A stretch of 64,000 nucleotides of DNA, taken from Gracilinanus agilis. Lineage: Eukaryota. A model generated the notes under the pieces. That model made no database searches. It was not told where the DNA came from and saw only the letters and a program-made list of their open reading frames with translations. Location of the stretch: assembly GCF_016433145.1 (NCBI RefSeq), contig NC_058130.1:121022412-121086411 (forward strand). Direction: 5' to 3'. A program made the position numbers and the translations under genes. This document shows positions 13,480 to 26,465 of this stretch, piece by piece; position 1 is the stretch's first letter; each line of letters begins with the position of its first letter.

Positions 13480-13690
13480 TTATGCTTTAAGCACAAAACA
13501 TTTTAAATATATATCATCCGATTTGATTCTTATGATGACCCTATGAAATTATTCCGATTTTGTCGTGGGCAAACTGAGAGGTAAAGTTACTTATTCATTG
13601 TGACTTAAGGATCATATAATGTTAGTAAACCCATGGAGTAGCATTCTTATTTTGGTCTTCTGACTCTAAAGGTCCATCACCCTATTCACT
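13480..13690 (-). mobile_element. MIR fragment
   Basis: gcacaaaacattttaaat...gggcaaactgagaggtaaagttactt...tcttctgactc. Confidence 0.55.
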
Positions 13691-13842
13691 CTATTGCCTA
13701 ACTGCTTCAGTTTGACTTACATTTTAATTAATGTCAGAAGATGTCTACTGCCTGTGCTTTTTCGAAGATTCAATTGTGGATTGTGATTCAGAACACCCCA
13801 TGACTTGACTAACAAACCAATATTTAGGAAGATTAGTTTTAC

Positions 13843-13925
13843 ATATATATATGAATATAATATATTATAATATATTTTATAATTACATAATTTATATGAG
13901 TATACATATATATTTATATACTACA
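13843..13925. repeat. AT-rich low-complexity/(TA)n
   Basis: Direct inspection. Confidence 0.85.
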
Positions 13926-13969
13926 TATTCTTCTGATGAGGGAAATGAATAAGCATTTATATAGCATTC

Positions 13970-14175
13970 CACTGAATGACAGGCACTATTAACAAATACA
14001 CCCTCATTTGATCATACAAATAACCCCATAAGTCAGATACTATGATTATACCCATTTTGAAGTTGTAAAAGCTAAGTGACTTGCCTCAGATAATATAGGT
14101 AGTAAATGTATGAAGAAGCTAGATTTGAACTGATTCTAGACTCTATTAGTATGCTATCCATGGTGCCACCTAGTT
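13970..14175 (-). mobile_element. MIR fragment
   Basis: cattttgaagttgtaaaagctaagtgacttgcctcag...gatttgaactg...tatccatggtgccacctag. Confidence 0.6.
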
Positions 14176-14651
14176 ACCATCTGTTGTAATCACTCAAATC
14201 ACTCTGCTGACTTCCTCTTTGCAAGCAGCTTTGCTCACCTTGGGTCATGGTCTTCTGATTAGCAAATCTTTGGGTAGGATCATCATTTCTTGTGGGACCC
14301 ATCTATGCTCAATTAACCTCAGTTCAAATATAGTCTGAACTACTTTGCGTGGCCTTAGTGGGGTACTCCATCCTAACCATCATCTTCTTTCCAATTTCCT
14401 TTTATTTTATGTTCCTCTATAAAATCATAAATTATTTCAGAGTAGGAAACCATCTTAATTTATTTTATTTATATACTTAATGCTTAGTACAATGGTTAAT
14501 GAGTGATCTGTCTTTCTATCTGTACATGTGCCTATCTAATTATCTAATCAGTATTTTTGGAGCACTTTGGTTAAAGTCGAAAGGATCTAGATTCTCTGAG
14601 GTCAGCAAGGGAAGGAGGAGAGAAGTACACTCAGCTGAATAAAATGCAATA

Positions 14652-15130
14652 GTTTCTATGAGCATACTCTTTCTCAGATTAGGAAATGAGTTCAACAAAA
14701 ACAATTATTGAGGGCAATATCAACACCAGCATCAAAGGTAGAAAAGTGGGTGTTATGGCTAAAATCACAGGATCCAATCTCATCCTCTGTGTAACCCAAG
14801 ATGCCCTTTAAGTTTCTCTCTGATGCTTTGCTTAACCATCTTCTTGACATTATAATATGTGACAACTTTCTCCAGGTAGCAAGTCTGATACACAATGGAT
14901 ACATTGGGAATAGGAACATGAAAGGCCATATCTATAAGCTTCCCCTTCAGTTCAGATATAACCTTGCAGCCTTTGCAGGAGCAGTGGAAGCAAGGATGAT
15001 ATTTTAGGTAGCAGTGTGCCCATTTTGCCATAGCTTGCCAGAAGGACTGTCTATTTTTTTTCTGGATCACTTTAATGGCATGGACTGTGATCATGAGATC
15101 TTTCACAGTGCTAAAGTTGTCATGAATTGT
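14652..15130 (-). pseudogene. GAPDH: Processed GAPDH pseudogene fragment (C-terminal half)
   Basis: Translates IHDNFSTVKDLMITVHAI...KVISELKGKLIDMAFHVPIPNVSIV..TCYLEK...KKMVKQ / ASERNLKGILGYTEDEIGSCDFSHNTHFSTFDAGVDIALNN...ELIS*, colinear with GAPDH IHDNFGIVEGLMTTVHAI...KLISW. Runs without introns across the GLM|TTVH and LISW|YDN positions where mammalian GAPDH has introns; frameshifts and stops present. Confidence 0.93.
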
Positions 15131-15239
15131 AATCCGAGTTAATGGATGAATAATGATACTGATGATACTGAATATGTTCTTCCTTAAAGGAGGACCTCTT
15201 CTTAGCCTTGATAATTACTTTTGACTTTTTCCTCTTTTT

Positions 15240-15880
15240 TCATCTGCATTAATTTGCCAAATCCTATTCATTCTACCTACCTTTCCCAAATCTTTCGTGT
15301 TCATTCCTTCTTTCTATTCCCAATGCACTATCCTAGTATATAGGTCCCTATTATTATCTATCAAGACTAAAATAAAATATATCTCTCTACAGGTCTTCCC
15401 AACTTATTCCTTTAAATTCTTCTATTATAATCATTATGCATGTGCTAGAATGTTCTGATACATAAAGCTTTCCATATTAATCCTTGACTCAAAATCATAA
15501 AAGAATTACTATTATCTACTGAGTAAAGTTCAAATTTATCTTCTAAACATTCAGACCCTCTACTAAAAAAATACAGTCTTTCTTCATGCACTAAATAATT
15601 ATTTATCTTTAGACCTTTTCATGGACTGTTCTTTATGTTAGGGATGTCTTTTCTCCCCATTTTGTTTGTTGTAATCTTTGTAATACTTTAAAACACAATT
15701 CAATATTACCTGCTTCTGATATTCTTCCTTGATCTTTGACTTCTATAATTACCCGCCTAAATAATGACTTTTAAAATAAGTTCTGATTATCATATAATGT
15801 CATGAGGAATCTTACCAGATTTTTTAAATCTTCCCCAGTACCTAGTACACACATAGACTCATATGCATATTTAAGCATGT
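15240..15880 (+). mobile_element. L2 fragment (3' part)
   Basis: C/T-rich L2-type text (ccaaatcctattcattctacct...gtaaagttcaaa...cagtacctagtacac). Confidence 0.6.
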
Positions 15881-16214
15881 ATATGTTTAGAAAAGTAACA
15901 TGATATTGTGTATACAGAGTAAATTTCAAAGTCATATAGTCATATAGTCCTAAATTCAGTTCCTACCTCTAAAGCACAATGACTCATCCTGGGCAAATTA
16001 CTTAACTTTTGCTCAAGACAACAGTTTTCAAAGTTTTTGATAGCAGGACCATTTTGCACTATAAAAATTATCAAGATCTCAATTGATTCGGGTGATCTAT
16101 ATTTAACCTGTTAGAATTTAGAATAGATTAAATTTTATTTTAATTCATTTAAAATTAGAATAATTAATCTGCCACATATCAACATAAATTGCATATTTTC
16201 ATTAAAAATAATTG

Positions 16215-16530
16215 TTTTCGAAAAACATATGAAAAAAGGTAGTGAGAAGAGTAGAATTATTTATCATATATTTGCAAATCTCTTCAATGTCTTTGGCTTG
16301 AAAGACAACATGTGGCTTTTCATATCTGCTTCTGCATTTAATCTGCTGCCATTTGATGTTTTGGTTTAAGTAGATGAAGAAAATCCAATCTAACACAGAG
16401 ATGTAGTTGGAAAAGAGAAGAGTTGTTGTATAGGCAAATAATATCTTAGTATTATTATGGAAATAATTTGACCTCATGGATCCCCTAAAACAGTCTTGGT
16501 GATATCAACAGATCTCTAGAATATACTTTC
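16215..16530 (+). mobile_element. Charlie1-like hAT transposon 3' end fragment
   Basis: catatctgcttctgcatttaatctg...gatgaagaaaatccaatctaacacagagatgtagttggaaaag...cttagtattattatggaaataatttgacctcatggatcccct, matching my recollection of the Charlie1 right end. Confidence 0.65.
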
Positions 16531-17817
16531 AGAATTTCCTCTCTAGATAATTCTCTAAGCCTCTTCATTTCAAAGCATTTGCTGATGATTTTTGTTAGAA
16601 AGAATTTTTGTAATGAGAGTTCCCTAACCCAATAATATCACAGATATGATTCAAAGATACTTTATGAAGGCAATTAAATTTTTTTTCTGGTCCTTTCCAT
16701 GTTCCTTACAGATGGAGAATGATATCTTGTAAAGGCAAAAGGTGTTCAGGTAACTAAGTACATCATTGCCTTTTCATATTGCCAAGTGACATTTGAGATA
16801 CATTGTTCTCTATTTTACAGCTACCTTAAGTTGGATAGAACAGTGAAGAAAGTTTAATCTAACTATTGGTCACCTTCACCTCTCCTAAAAAATCACAAAG
16901 TCTAAAAACTGTTTCATTTGTTTTTGCTGTGGTTTTGTGGAGGATTCAAAGATCCAGGATCCAGAATAATGAAGTTGGAGTTACCAAAACAGAGAGGAGG
17001 GTCCACTAAGGTGTACCTAGCTAGCCAATTTCATGCAGTGGCAATAACACTTCATGAAACAATCCATCTATTTATTTGCAGAGTTTTGTAATCTCATTAT
17101 ATAATATAATAAAATAATGCTACTGAGACAGACAGTAGCGATTAATGGATTATGTGCATGTATAAACACATATATATTTAAGATAAAAAGATGAAATATG
17201 ATCAAATATATAATTTTCCTTATGCAGAATCTTTGAAGGAACAGAAAGAGTTACAAATACATAGATATGAATACCCAAGAGCATGACAAATGAATATTAT
17301 TATTTCATATTCCAAGTGGATGTCTCATTTCTATTCTGGGCTGCATAACTCACTGCCAGAAATTCCTAAAGATTCAACAATCTTTTACTAAAATCTTTTC
17401 ATCTCTAAAATACTAAAAAAAAGTTGCCTAAAGGTATAGAGATGAATTAGAAGACACAATAATGTCTCTTATACCATTATGATACTAAGATTCTGTCTTG
17501 GAGATAATACATTCTACTCCATTTTCATTAAACCATTTCTCTCAGTCCTCATCCTTCACCCTTATTTATAGGTCATCTCAATGAACATCAGAAATCTTTT
17601 TCACATTAATCTACTTTGTTTCCCCTTAAGTTTCTATTTCTTCTCTCATTACTTTATCTCCACATTTTTCAACTCTTCCTTCGGCATTTGATATGTTTAT
17701 CATATGATGATCTAGGAAGGGTAATACTATTTGTTTGGGTAGCATATAAACAACCCAAATTACATAAATAATTTCCCCCATTAGTGGCATATTTGAGGGA
17801 GAGGAAAGTTTGCTGGT

Positions 17818-17978
17818 GTTCAAATAATAGGATCTGAGTTTGATCCTCAACTCTTTGTTTCTGACTAATAACCTCATTAAGGTTCTTGACCTTTCTAAAA
17901 CTTAGTTTGCTTATTTCTGAAATAAAAGGGTTGAAATTCATGGCTTCTAAGATGTCTTCCACTTCTAAATATATGAAC
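17818..17978 (+). mobile_element. MIR fragment
   Basis: gatctgagtttgatcctc...cttagtttgcttatttctgaaataaaagggttg...ctaagatgtcttccacttctaaa. Confidence 0.55.
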
Positions 17979-18608
17979 TTATGGCCCTATAATTCTCTAA
18001 ATAGAGTTATTTAAGCTTTTCATCAGTATGAGATACCTAATTAATGCAGAAAAATTCAAAACTGTCTTAAAATAATGATATAAAGAGACTGATTTGAATG
18101 TAGAGAGAATCTCATCAATGAATTTGAATATTAAAAATTTATGTTGGGATAAGGAATCAAGGAAAAGTAATAGAGGCATGCTCAACACATGAGCTTATCA
18201 TGAGCTTATGATAAAAGTGTCAAAAATGCTAACACTCAGAAAGTGACAAGGCTGATGAGGAAAATTAAGGATGAATTTTAAACTATACTATATAAAATAA
18301 GAGTCGGAAAATGTCTCTGTGCCTCAGAAATATACTACTTGTATGAGCTTGAGTAAAGTATTTCCTTTGTGCACCAAGGAAATTCTCCAAAATTCCAAGT
18401 TAGGGATAAGATGACTAATTGTGGTCATCTCCCCATTATGCTACTGCAATGCAATGAGGTGCTCTAGTTTCTGTCCTTGAGTCTGATTGATGAGAACTCA
18501 CTGTATCGAATTTCCCTTAGACCAAATGCAATGCATTGTCAGTGTTTCCAGGGTTTAGCATGATGCTTCGCAAATAGTAACTATTTAATAAATGAATTTT
18601 CTTTCACG

Positions 18609-18632
18609 CATTCATTCATTCATTCATTCATT
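18609..18632. repeat. (CATT)6 microsatellite at the end of an L2 tail
   Basis: Direct inspection; preceded by gtaactatttaataaatg. Confidence 0.9.
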
Positions 18633-19679
18633 GTGCTATAACCTTTGAGAAAAAAAGTACCTGAATAAAAAGTACAAGAATGAATGCCAATGACATTAAA
18701 AGGAGTGTAGTGTTACCAGGCAAAGCTATCATTTTTAATGATGCATATGGAAACCACCTTCAGGGCTTGAGAAAAATGACAGCCATACTCAGAGGCATGG
18801 AAGGAAAGGTGTGTGTTGTACAAATGTTGCCTTGGAGAACACTTGTATAGAAACATGCCTAAGAATTTCAGCTAACTGAAATTGGTATAGAAAATAGATG
18901 GGGGAGGGAGGAGAGTAGCACAAAGGGGTAAATAATAAAATATCCTTCAAAAGTGAAAGACAACTAAAAGACAACAAATAAAATTCTCATATTTATTGTT
19001 CTAAGGTGCAAAACTGTTTAATTTTGGATTCAGACATATCTAGCCTATTGTTTTACCAGAATTATTTCTTTCAGTCGATATTAACCTTTTAATGAATCAT
19101 AATGCTGAACCCAAGAGAAGTTTCAACTACACTTAACAATATGCTTATATTAGATATTTGTATTAGAGATCTGAAGATTTAATGGAGAATGATTCATAAA
19201 TTTGTCATTTATTCAGATGGTTCCTTGGAGGTGTAGGATATTACAGTTTATCTAAGAATTTTGACTAGAAAGCAACAAATTTTAATACAGTCAAGTTTTA
19301 TACATATATATGTCCACATATATAATTAATTTTGTAAATGAATCTCTATTTACATGAATCAATTAAATAATAAATTTAGCTCCACTATGAATTAGGCTCT
19401 GTGCTGTCCTGAGCATATAAACAACTACAATAGCATCCATATACATGCACACCCATACACAATCATATGTACATACATATACACATGCGAAACTAGCATC
19501 CATGATTTTGTATTCTACAGGGTATATGTGTGTATTGGGAGGAGGGGAATAATATGTTCATGGGTAAGTAAATACAATAGACATGATAAGGATTCAAAAT
19601 ATTTAAAGAGCGAATTAGTAACAAAGTGGGGAGAAGAAGATTTTCATGAAGAAAATGAAGATGAAACTTGAAGAGAACT

Positions 19680-20420
19680 AGGGATTTCAAGAAATGGAAG
19701 GAAAGAGGGAGATTATTAGTGAAATCACATGAATGCTCAGATACAGAAATGGAAATGAAATGTTATTACATATAGGAAAGAATTAGTAGAAGAGCTGGAC
19801 TCCAATGTCCATAAAATACATGACATGAAACCAGACTAGAAAGAGAGATTAGAACTAATTGAAGTATTCTTTTATTCTAACCTTGAATAATCTGTATTTT
19901 GTTTTGGCTTGTTTAGTTTGCATATCAGAAATAATTGGCAGCCAATGAAGTTTCTTGAGCAGTAAAAGAGTTAGACAAGTGAGGAGAAAGGATGGATATA
20001 AGAAGACTCTTGTTGGTATTCTCCAGGTGACAGATGAGGGCCAAAAATAGAGGGAATGTTGATAGAGTGGAAAGAAAGGAATAAGTACAAGGATTATTAT
20101 TGAGATAGATTTGAGATATTTAAGGCCAGTTTATAATCCATTCAATGGACACTTTAAGTGCATAATATGTGTCATTACTTGGTAGTCAACCATGTAGAGG
20201 CAGCTATGGAAACTGTCTCTGATTTGAAGGAATTTGCTTTTTACTGGAATGAAAACATGATTATTCATAAGTAGATATAGTATATATACCAAGAAAATGC
20301 AAAGTATTTTTTGTGTAATGTGAAACTGCCCTAGAACCTGGAAAATCAGGGTAGGTCTTAGGTAGGAGCTTACATTTGAGCCCAAGCTTGAAGAAAGCTA
20401 TGGATTCTATCCAGTGGAAG
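19680..20420 (-). mobile_element. L2 fragments
   Basis: ggcagccaatgaagtttcttgagcag, ctccaggtgacagatgagggcc and acatttgagcccaagcttgaagaaagc are L2 antisense motifs. Confidence 0.7.
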
Positions 20421-20437
20421 TAAAGGCAGAGAATAAG

Positions 20438-20652
20438 ACAGTTGCGTAGTATAGGAATAAAGCATCAGGCCTAGAGTCAGGAAGTCATCTTCCTGAGTTT
20501 GAACCCTCAGACCCTTACTAGGACAGTGATCCCGAGCAAGTCACTAAACCATGTTTGCCTCCATTTCTTCATCCACAAAATGAACTGGAGTAGGAAACAG
20601 TATTCCCCAAATGAGGCCTTGAAGTAATGGATATGACTAAAACTACTAAACT
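20438..20652 (+). mobile_element. MAR1 SINE (CORE plus RTE-derived tail)
   Basis: ggcctagagtcaggaagtcatcttcctgagtttg head, gcaagtcactaaacc core, aaaatgaactggagtaggaaa...ccccaaatgagg...ggatatgactaaaactactaaac RTE-type tail. Confidence 0.8.
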
Positions 20653-20949
20653 ACCACACAGATAGGATATTCCAGCTATGAGCGACAAATTATGCAGGGA
20701 ATGGGAGGAAATGAGGTGAGGGAAGTTGTGGTCAAATAGGTCAGTTTTGTAGGTTTCATGAAAGTAAGTTATATGTAATGGGGCACATAGTACAAATGTT
20801 GCCTTGGAGAACACTTATACAGAAATATGTTTTAGCCCTTTAGCTAACCCTAAATTTGGGGGTGGAAATAGAAATAATTTTTCTGGGGAGTATAACACAA
20901 AGGAGTAAATCATAAAGCTTCCTACAAAATTGAATGACTAAAATAACAG

Positions 20950-21330
20950 TGATTCAAGAGGACTGAAGCAGAAAGAGATCTTAAAAAAGGGATAGATGTG
21001 GTTGGAGCGAAGAATTTCAGAGTTGATTATTATGAATATGTGTCAGATAAAAAAGCATGATTATGCCTATGTATTACTAAGATGAAGTGTAGATGGAGGT
21101 CATGAAATTCATGGAGGTTGGACTGGGAGACTAGGTAGTTTGATGGAACAGTTATTCCTCCCATTCCCTCAAACATGTTTATTAAAATACCTTAATATGA
21201 GGACAAGTAATGAAATGGAGAGGAAGGCTACAAGCCAAGTACCAAATTCCTTGAGAAAGGAAGAATGACACAGAGGTCAATAGAGCCATGACAAGGAGTT
21301 GGGTTAGTTGATAAAATTGGAAGAAGTGAA
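20950..21330 (-). mobile_element. L2 ORF2 (endonuclease region) fragment
   Basis: ggagcgaagaatttcagagttg..., attaaaataccttaatatgaggacaag..., aagccaagtaccaaattccttgagaaaggaag resemble L2 antisense. Confidence 0.55.
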
Positions 21331-22109
21331 TGTTAGAGAAAGAAAATTTCCTGAGTAATGATGATAAAAGTATGATATGGCAATTGATAGAAATATTTTA
21401 TTTCAAGATATATAAGAGAATAAATAAATGAAAAAACTTATTTAGCACTTATTTAGATGCAATGGATACAAATATAAAAAGCCACCATGATAGGGTAGAG
21501 ATAGCAGGATAGGCCTAATAGGCAAGCTCTTTTTTACCTTGTAGATATTATATGGGATATAAAGTATTGATTGACATGATCAAATAATTAATTTACTGTA
21601 TTTTTATTCCCTCACACCACATTTAGGACAGTTATATATCAAGACATAGTCTCAAAGCAGAATAGATAAATTTCCCCATGGTTGAAGGGGAAGATCATCG
21701 AAAATCTCCATCTGGATAATCTCTTGTCATATTGGGAAGAAGGAAGGCAATGAAAGGGAAGAAACCACTGGTTAAGAATACCCAAAATTGAAGTTATAAA
21801 ATGTCTTATGAAGAGAGCTTAGTTTCTGTTAGTATAAGAAAGAGAAAATATGAATTGAAAAGATCAAGAAAAACAGAAACTTATTAAAAAGAGAGATGCG
21901 ATTTCAATGTGTATAGTAGAAAAGTAGGGGTAGAATATGTATGCTATAAAATATATAGATAAGCATGCTATAATTTGAGGGCTGAAGTATTTAGGAATAA
22001 TAATCCAAGGAGAGAGACAAGAGAGAGAGAATTTGAGCTTTGTAGATTGATTTATAGAAAGCAAGTGAGAGTTGGTCTTTTTCAACCACAGAAGGGGAAT
22101 GCTCAATTT

Positions 22110-22370
22110 ATTTTTCATTTTATTTTTAATTTTAATAACAAATTTCCATGAGTTTTCTGAAGTCATATGATCCAAATTATCCCTTTCTTCTCTCCCCACT
22201 CCCAGAGCTGGCAAGTAGTTCAATCTGGTTAATTAAACATGCATTATTCACATAAAACATGTTTTCATATTATTTATTTTTATAAATGAATAATCTTATA
22301 AAACGAAAATATAAAATATATGCTCAAAGAAACAGTAATAAATCATATGCTTCCATCTTATATAAAGAAT
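22110..22370 (-). mobile_element. L1 3' end fragment
   Basis: T-rich tail then tttccatgagttttctgaagtcatatgatccaaatt...cccactcccagagctggcaag. Confidence 0.75.
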
Positions 22371-22559
22371 CACTCTAGTGATTTTCAAAAGAGCAATACC
22401 AAATGTTGGTGAGAAAATCAGAGAAGTGAAATGTAAATGTTTGAATACTTTATGTTTTTTAAATTAGTATGTTGAGACACATCATTCTATCATAAAAATA
22501 TCAGATGTATGCTGTAGTCCTTGGACTTTCCTCCAGCAGTCACCTATTTTTAACCAAGA

Positions 22560-22765
22560 GGCTGGAGTATGGTAGTCTTGGATAGATGGATAAAGTTCTA
22601 GATTTGACAACAGAGCAGCTGGGTCTGTGTCAGAACTTCGCCACTTAACTGTGGGACCTTAGGGAAATTATTTCACTTGTCTGGACTTTTCTTTTTTCAG
22701 CTGTAGAATGATGAGCTTGAATTAGATGAACTTTAATATCTTTTCATGTACTAAACCTGTTATTC
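22560..22765 (+). mobile_element. MIR fragment
   Basis: ggatagatggataaagttctagatttg...gtgggaccttagggaaattatttcacttgtctggac...ctgtagaatgatgagcttgaattagatg. Confidence 0.65.
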
Positions 22766-22774
22766 AATGGTATA

Positions 22775-22950
22775 AAGAATAAAGTATGTGTGTGCACATG
22801 AGTGCATATGTGTGCTTGTTATGTGCATGAGAGCATGTGTATTTGGTGAGTGTGTGTGTGTACAAGACAGAGATAGACAGAGATGGATATAGAGAGAAAG
22901 ACAAGATGAAGATCTACAGAGACACAGAGGCAGAGACAGAGACAGAAAGA
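22775..22950. repeat. Mixed (TG)n/(AGAC)n low-complexity
   Basis: Direct inspection; explains ORFs 22760-23047 and 22837-23037. Confidence 0.85.
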
Positions 22951-24534
22951 AAGAGAATAAAAAAGTTAATGGGCAAAGATGGGGAAGGAAAATTGAAAAA
23001 AACTGATTATTATAAAAAAGATATTGAAAATATCTGATATATGACATGACACAAAGATATGGGAATTTTTAAAATGAAGCTACATGAAGTTATCCTATTG
23101 GCTATAAAAACTCTTTTTCACTTTAATATTTTATATATGTATATCTATATCAGATATGATTTATTATCAATGATGTAGTCAATATTTTAATTTCCTCCTC
23201 AACATTATTTCATTCTGGAGAGGTGCAAAGTACAAACACAGTATAATGCAATATTAGAAATATCATACCACAGGAATTCTTTGATACTTAGACCTTAAAG
23301 AAAAATCAAATGGACCTAATATTATGGTTGTGGATGTGATCAGGATTGTAACACATTTCCTTTCTTACTTCACTTGAGTTTTGAGTAGTATGCATTTGAA
23401 TAATATTTCTGGGTCATGAGCACTTGAAAAATCCTTATATTCTTTTGCCCAAAAAAACAACAAAAGCGGATATGAGAAATAAAATGTCAATATGTCCTTA
23501 TCTTCTCTGTATCCTACCACTATTTATCAATTAAGTAGAAATAACAGAATTTCCTTAGACAAAAGATTTTTAAAAATAATTTGCTTAGATATTTTATTTG
23601 CAATTAATATAAAATTAGAAAAAATATTAAGTATCACATTTATTTCATGACTTTTTTCACTTTATAATTATCAGTTCCTTTCACTCTATAGCTATTTTAG
23701 TTTCTTGTCTCATTGACTGTAGAGCTGATTAAAGCCGATTGATGATTTTTTAATATTGTAGCAACAAGTAAACCAGGTTACAATTAAAATCCACATAGTG
23801 TTCCTTGCATCACATTTGGAAATAAATCTATTCCCCTCATTTAATAGTTTTATGGATTTTTACTTAATATGTTTCAGATTTAGTTTTGGTTTTTGATTTA
23901 GATAATAGCATTCAAATCAAACAAGTGATATAGATAATCTTGAATTCAAAAAATCAAGAGTATCAAATTTTACTAGTAGTTGCATCAATTGTGATTTTTC
24001 TTTTTTTTCCTCTTCATTTATAGTGGAGTCATATTTAAAGGGCTTCCTATTTTAATTTTATTTTCTTATTTTAACATTTTTCCATGTTTAATTCAAGTAT
24101 GCCCACTCTCAAAATTTTAATGAGATATTTCTCCACCCAGGGCTAATACTCTCAGAAACATTAAGTATAACAAGAGTTGAAAGGTAAGGGAGGAGGATCC
24201 TGCCTTTATTAAATTGTTTAGCAGGGTTTGGGTTTTGGTTGTGATTTTTACTAAGTGCTCAAGCTTACCTGTTTCTATGTTACTGAAGGAATGCACATGC
24301 TAATTAATGCCCTTTTAATTCAGCACCCACCTTGAAGCAGATCCCCATTATCCTACCATGGCTGTAACTTTGCTTGCAATACCATCCTGTTTTATCTTGC
24401 ATTAATTTTGCATATATCAACATCTCATTCATTATCTAAACTTGATGTTTAATGAATTAATTCAAAGAGAAATGCCAAGTAACTTTTCTTAAATTTTTAC
24501 TTTTTTCTAATGCAATACTCAAAAGTTCCTCTAC

Positions 24535-24700
24535 ATATCATTGGATCAGAGATTATTCTGGAAGGTACCTCCATTGTAGACCAACCACCTCATTTTAAAA
24601 ATAAGGGAATGAAGAAATAGTGAAATGAAATGGCCTCCCCTTTATATCACAGGAGAAAAAGCTCAGAGGTGAGATTCAAAAATGTTTTCTGACTTGAAAG
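24535..24700 (-). mobile_element. MIR fragment
   Basis: ggatcagagatt...ccattgtagaccaaccacctcattttaaaaataagggaatgaag...gagattcaaa. Confidence 0.55.
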
Positions 24701-25454
24701 CCACACAAAGACCAGATCTTTGTGATACAGAGAGCAAAAAAGCACATCTAGTAATTCAACTTGAACAGGACAATTTATCCATGACCTATGATGCTTATAT
24801 TTAGAGGGCACAGGAAATAAATAGTAATAAATGCTTTGAAAACTTGTTAGAGCTGGGAAACAGAATGAGACAGTTTGGAATATTCTGGAGTAGGGAAATT
24901 CATTGGTAGAAACATTCCTATCTCCACCCCAGATGTTGACTAGGATTTACTGTTAATGTTTTGTTTAGTTTGTATTACTATATATGCATAATACTCAAGA
25001 TGTAAATATAAACACATATAATTATAGATGCATATAATTACCCATAATTATATGTATGCCTATAATTTTGCATCACTGCTTCCATATCTATTTCTCTCTA
25101 GCCCTTGATCTAATGGGCTGCATATAAGGTGTGACTATAAAATTAGTATGATATTTTCTCCTATGTCTTAGAGAAATGGGTCTTTGTACCTACTTCCTCA
25201 GGTCTCCAAATCACATGCTATATTTGTTAAATTTAAAAAAAATGCTAGAGGCTAGATAGGATAGGTTAATATAAATTAACCATTTCTGGGAAGAAGAAAC
25301 AATAGAAAACCCTAACCAACAACCTTTGTGCCTAATAATTATATCTCTTTAAAGAGAATGTTACATACTATTTGATTAAGGATGAAGGTTGAATATTTTA
25401 CCACAGTGCCATCTTTAATATTATTATTCATTGCTATCTTATACTAATGTAGGT

Positions 25455-25680
25455 ATTGCCAGCATTTATATAGCAACTTAAGGTGAGCAAAGTACTTTAC
25501 ATATACTTTCCAATTTGATCCTCACAAAGCACTTGACAGAAAGGTGCTAATATTGTCCCCATTTTATGGTTAATGAGTCTGACGGAGGCAGAATTTATGA
25601 CTTGTCCATGGTCCCACAGTAAGGATTTGAATTGGAATCTTCTTGTCCACAGGTTCATTGTTTGATATACTTTGACATTT
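25455..25680 (-). mobile_element. MIR fragment
   Basis: agcatttatatagcaacttaaggtgagcaaagtactttac...tttgatcctcacaa...ccccattttatgg. Confidence 0.7.
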
Positions 25681-26076
25681 AGCTGCTTAAAATGTAAAAG
25701 ATTTTTTCTTATATATTATTATATTCTCTAACAATTTATAAAAGTAGCTATGATAAAATGACATGATCCCAGAAACACTAAGGCTCAGAGGCCATCTAGT
25801 TTCACTCAGATTTAACAAATATGGCCTTTCTAACATATCCGATAAGCAGTCACCAAAACTTTGCTTAAAATAACTCTAGTGAAAGGAAACTCACTACCTC
25901 CTACGAAAACCATTTCCATTTCTGGAGAGCTTTAATTTTAGGAAGATTTTTTTTTCTGATATAAAACCAAATCTTCTCTACATAAGTAATGTAGGTTACT
26001 CATCCAATACTCCAACTCTTCCCTTCTAAAACACAAAGAAGTTATTCTAATCTTTCTTCTTTAAAACATTCCTTTA

Positions 26077-26270
26077 GGGGGCAGCTGGATGGGTCAGTGG
26101 ATTGAGAGCCAGGTCTACAGACAGGAGGTCCTAGGTTCAAATTTGGCCTTGGACGTGTCTTAGCTATGTGACCCTGGGCAAGTTATTTAACTCCCTCCCA
26201 TTGCTTAGCCCTTACCTCTTTTCTGCCTTGGAACCAATACATAGTTTTGATTCTAAGATGGAAGACAAGT
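26077..26270 (+). mobile_element. Opossum CORE-SINE (MAR1a-c_Mdo/SINE-2_MD-like)
   Basis: gggggcagctggatgggtcagtgg head, ggttcaaatttggcc B-box, ctgccttggaaccaatacatag tail. Confidence 0.9.
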
Positions 26271-26465
26271 TCTAAGATAGATTCTAAGAATTTTCTTCTA
26301 ATATTTAAACTCACCCCTTTGCCAGGGGAAATGTCCCTAATCCGTTCTAATATCCTTTATAAGGTATCTTCTCCATAGTGGCCCTTCATGTATTAGTTGC
26401 CTGCCTCTAGAAAATTTCCAACATGTCAATAATCTTAAATTCCAGGGCTTAGAACTGAATACTTT

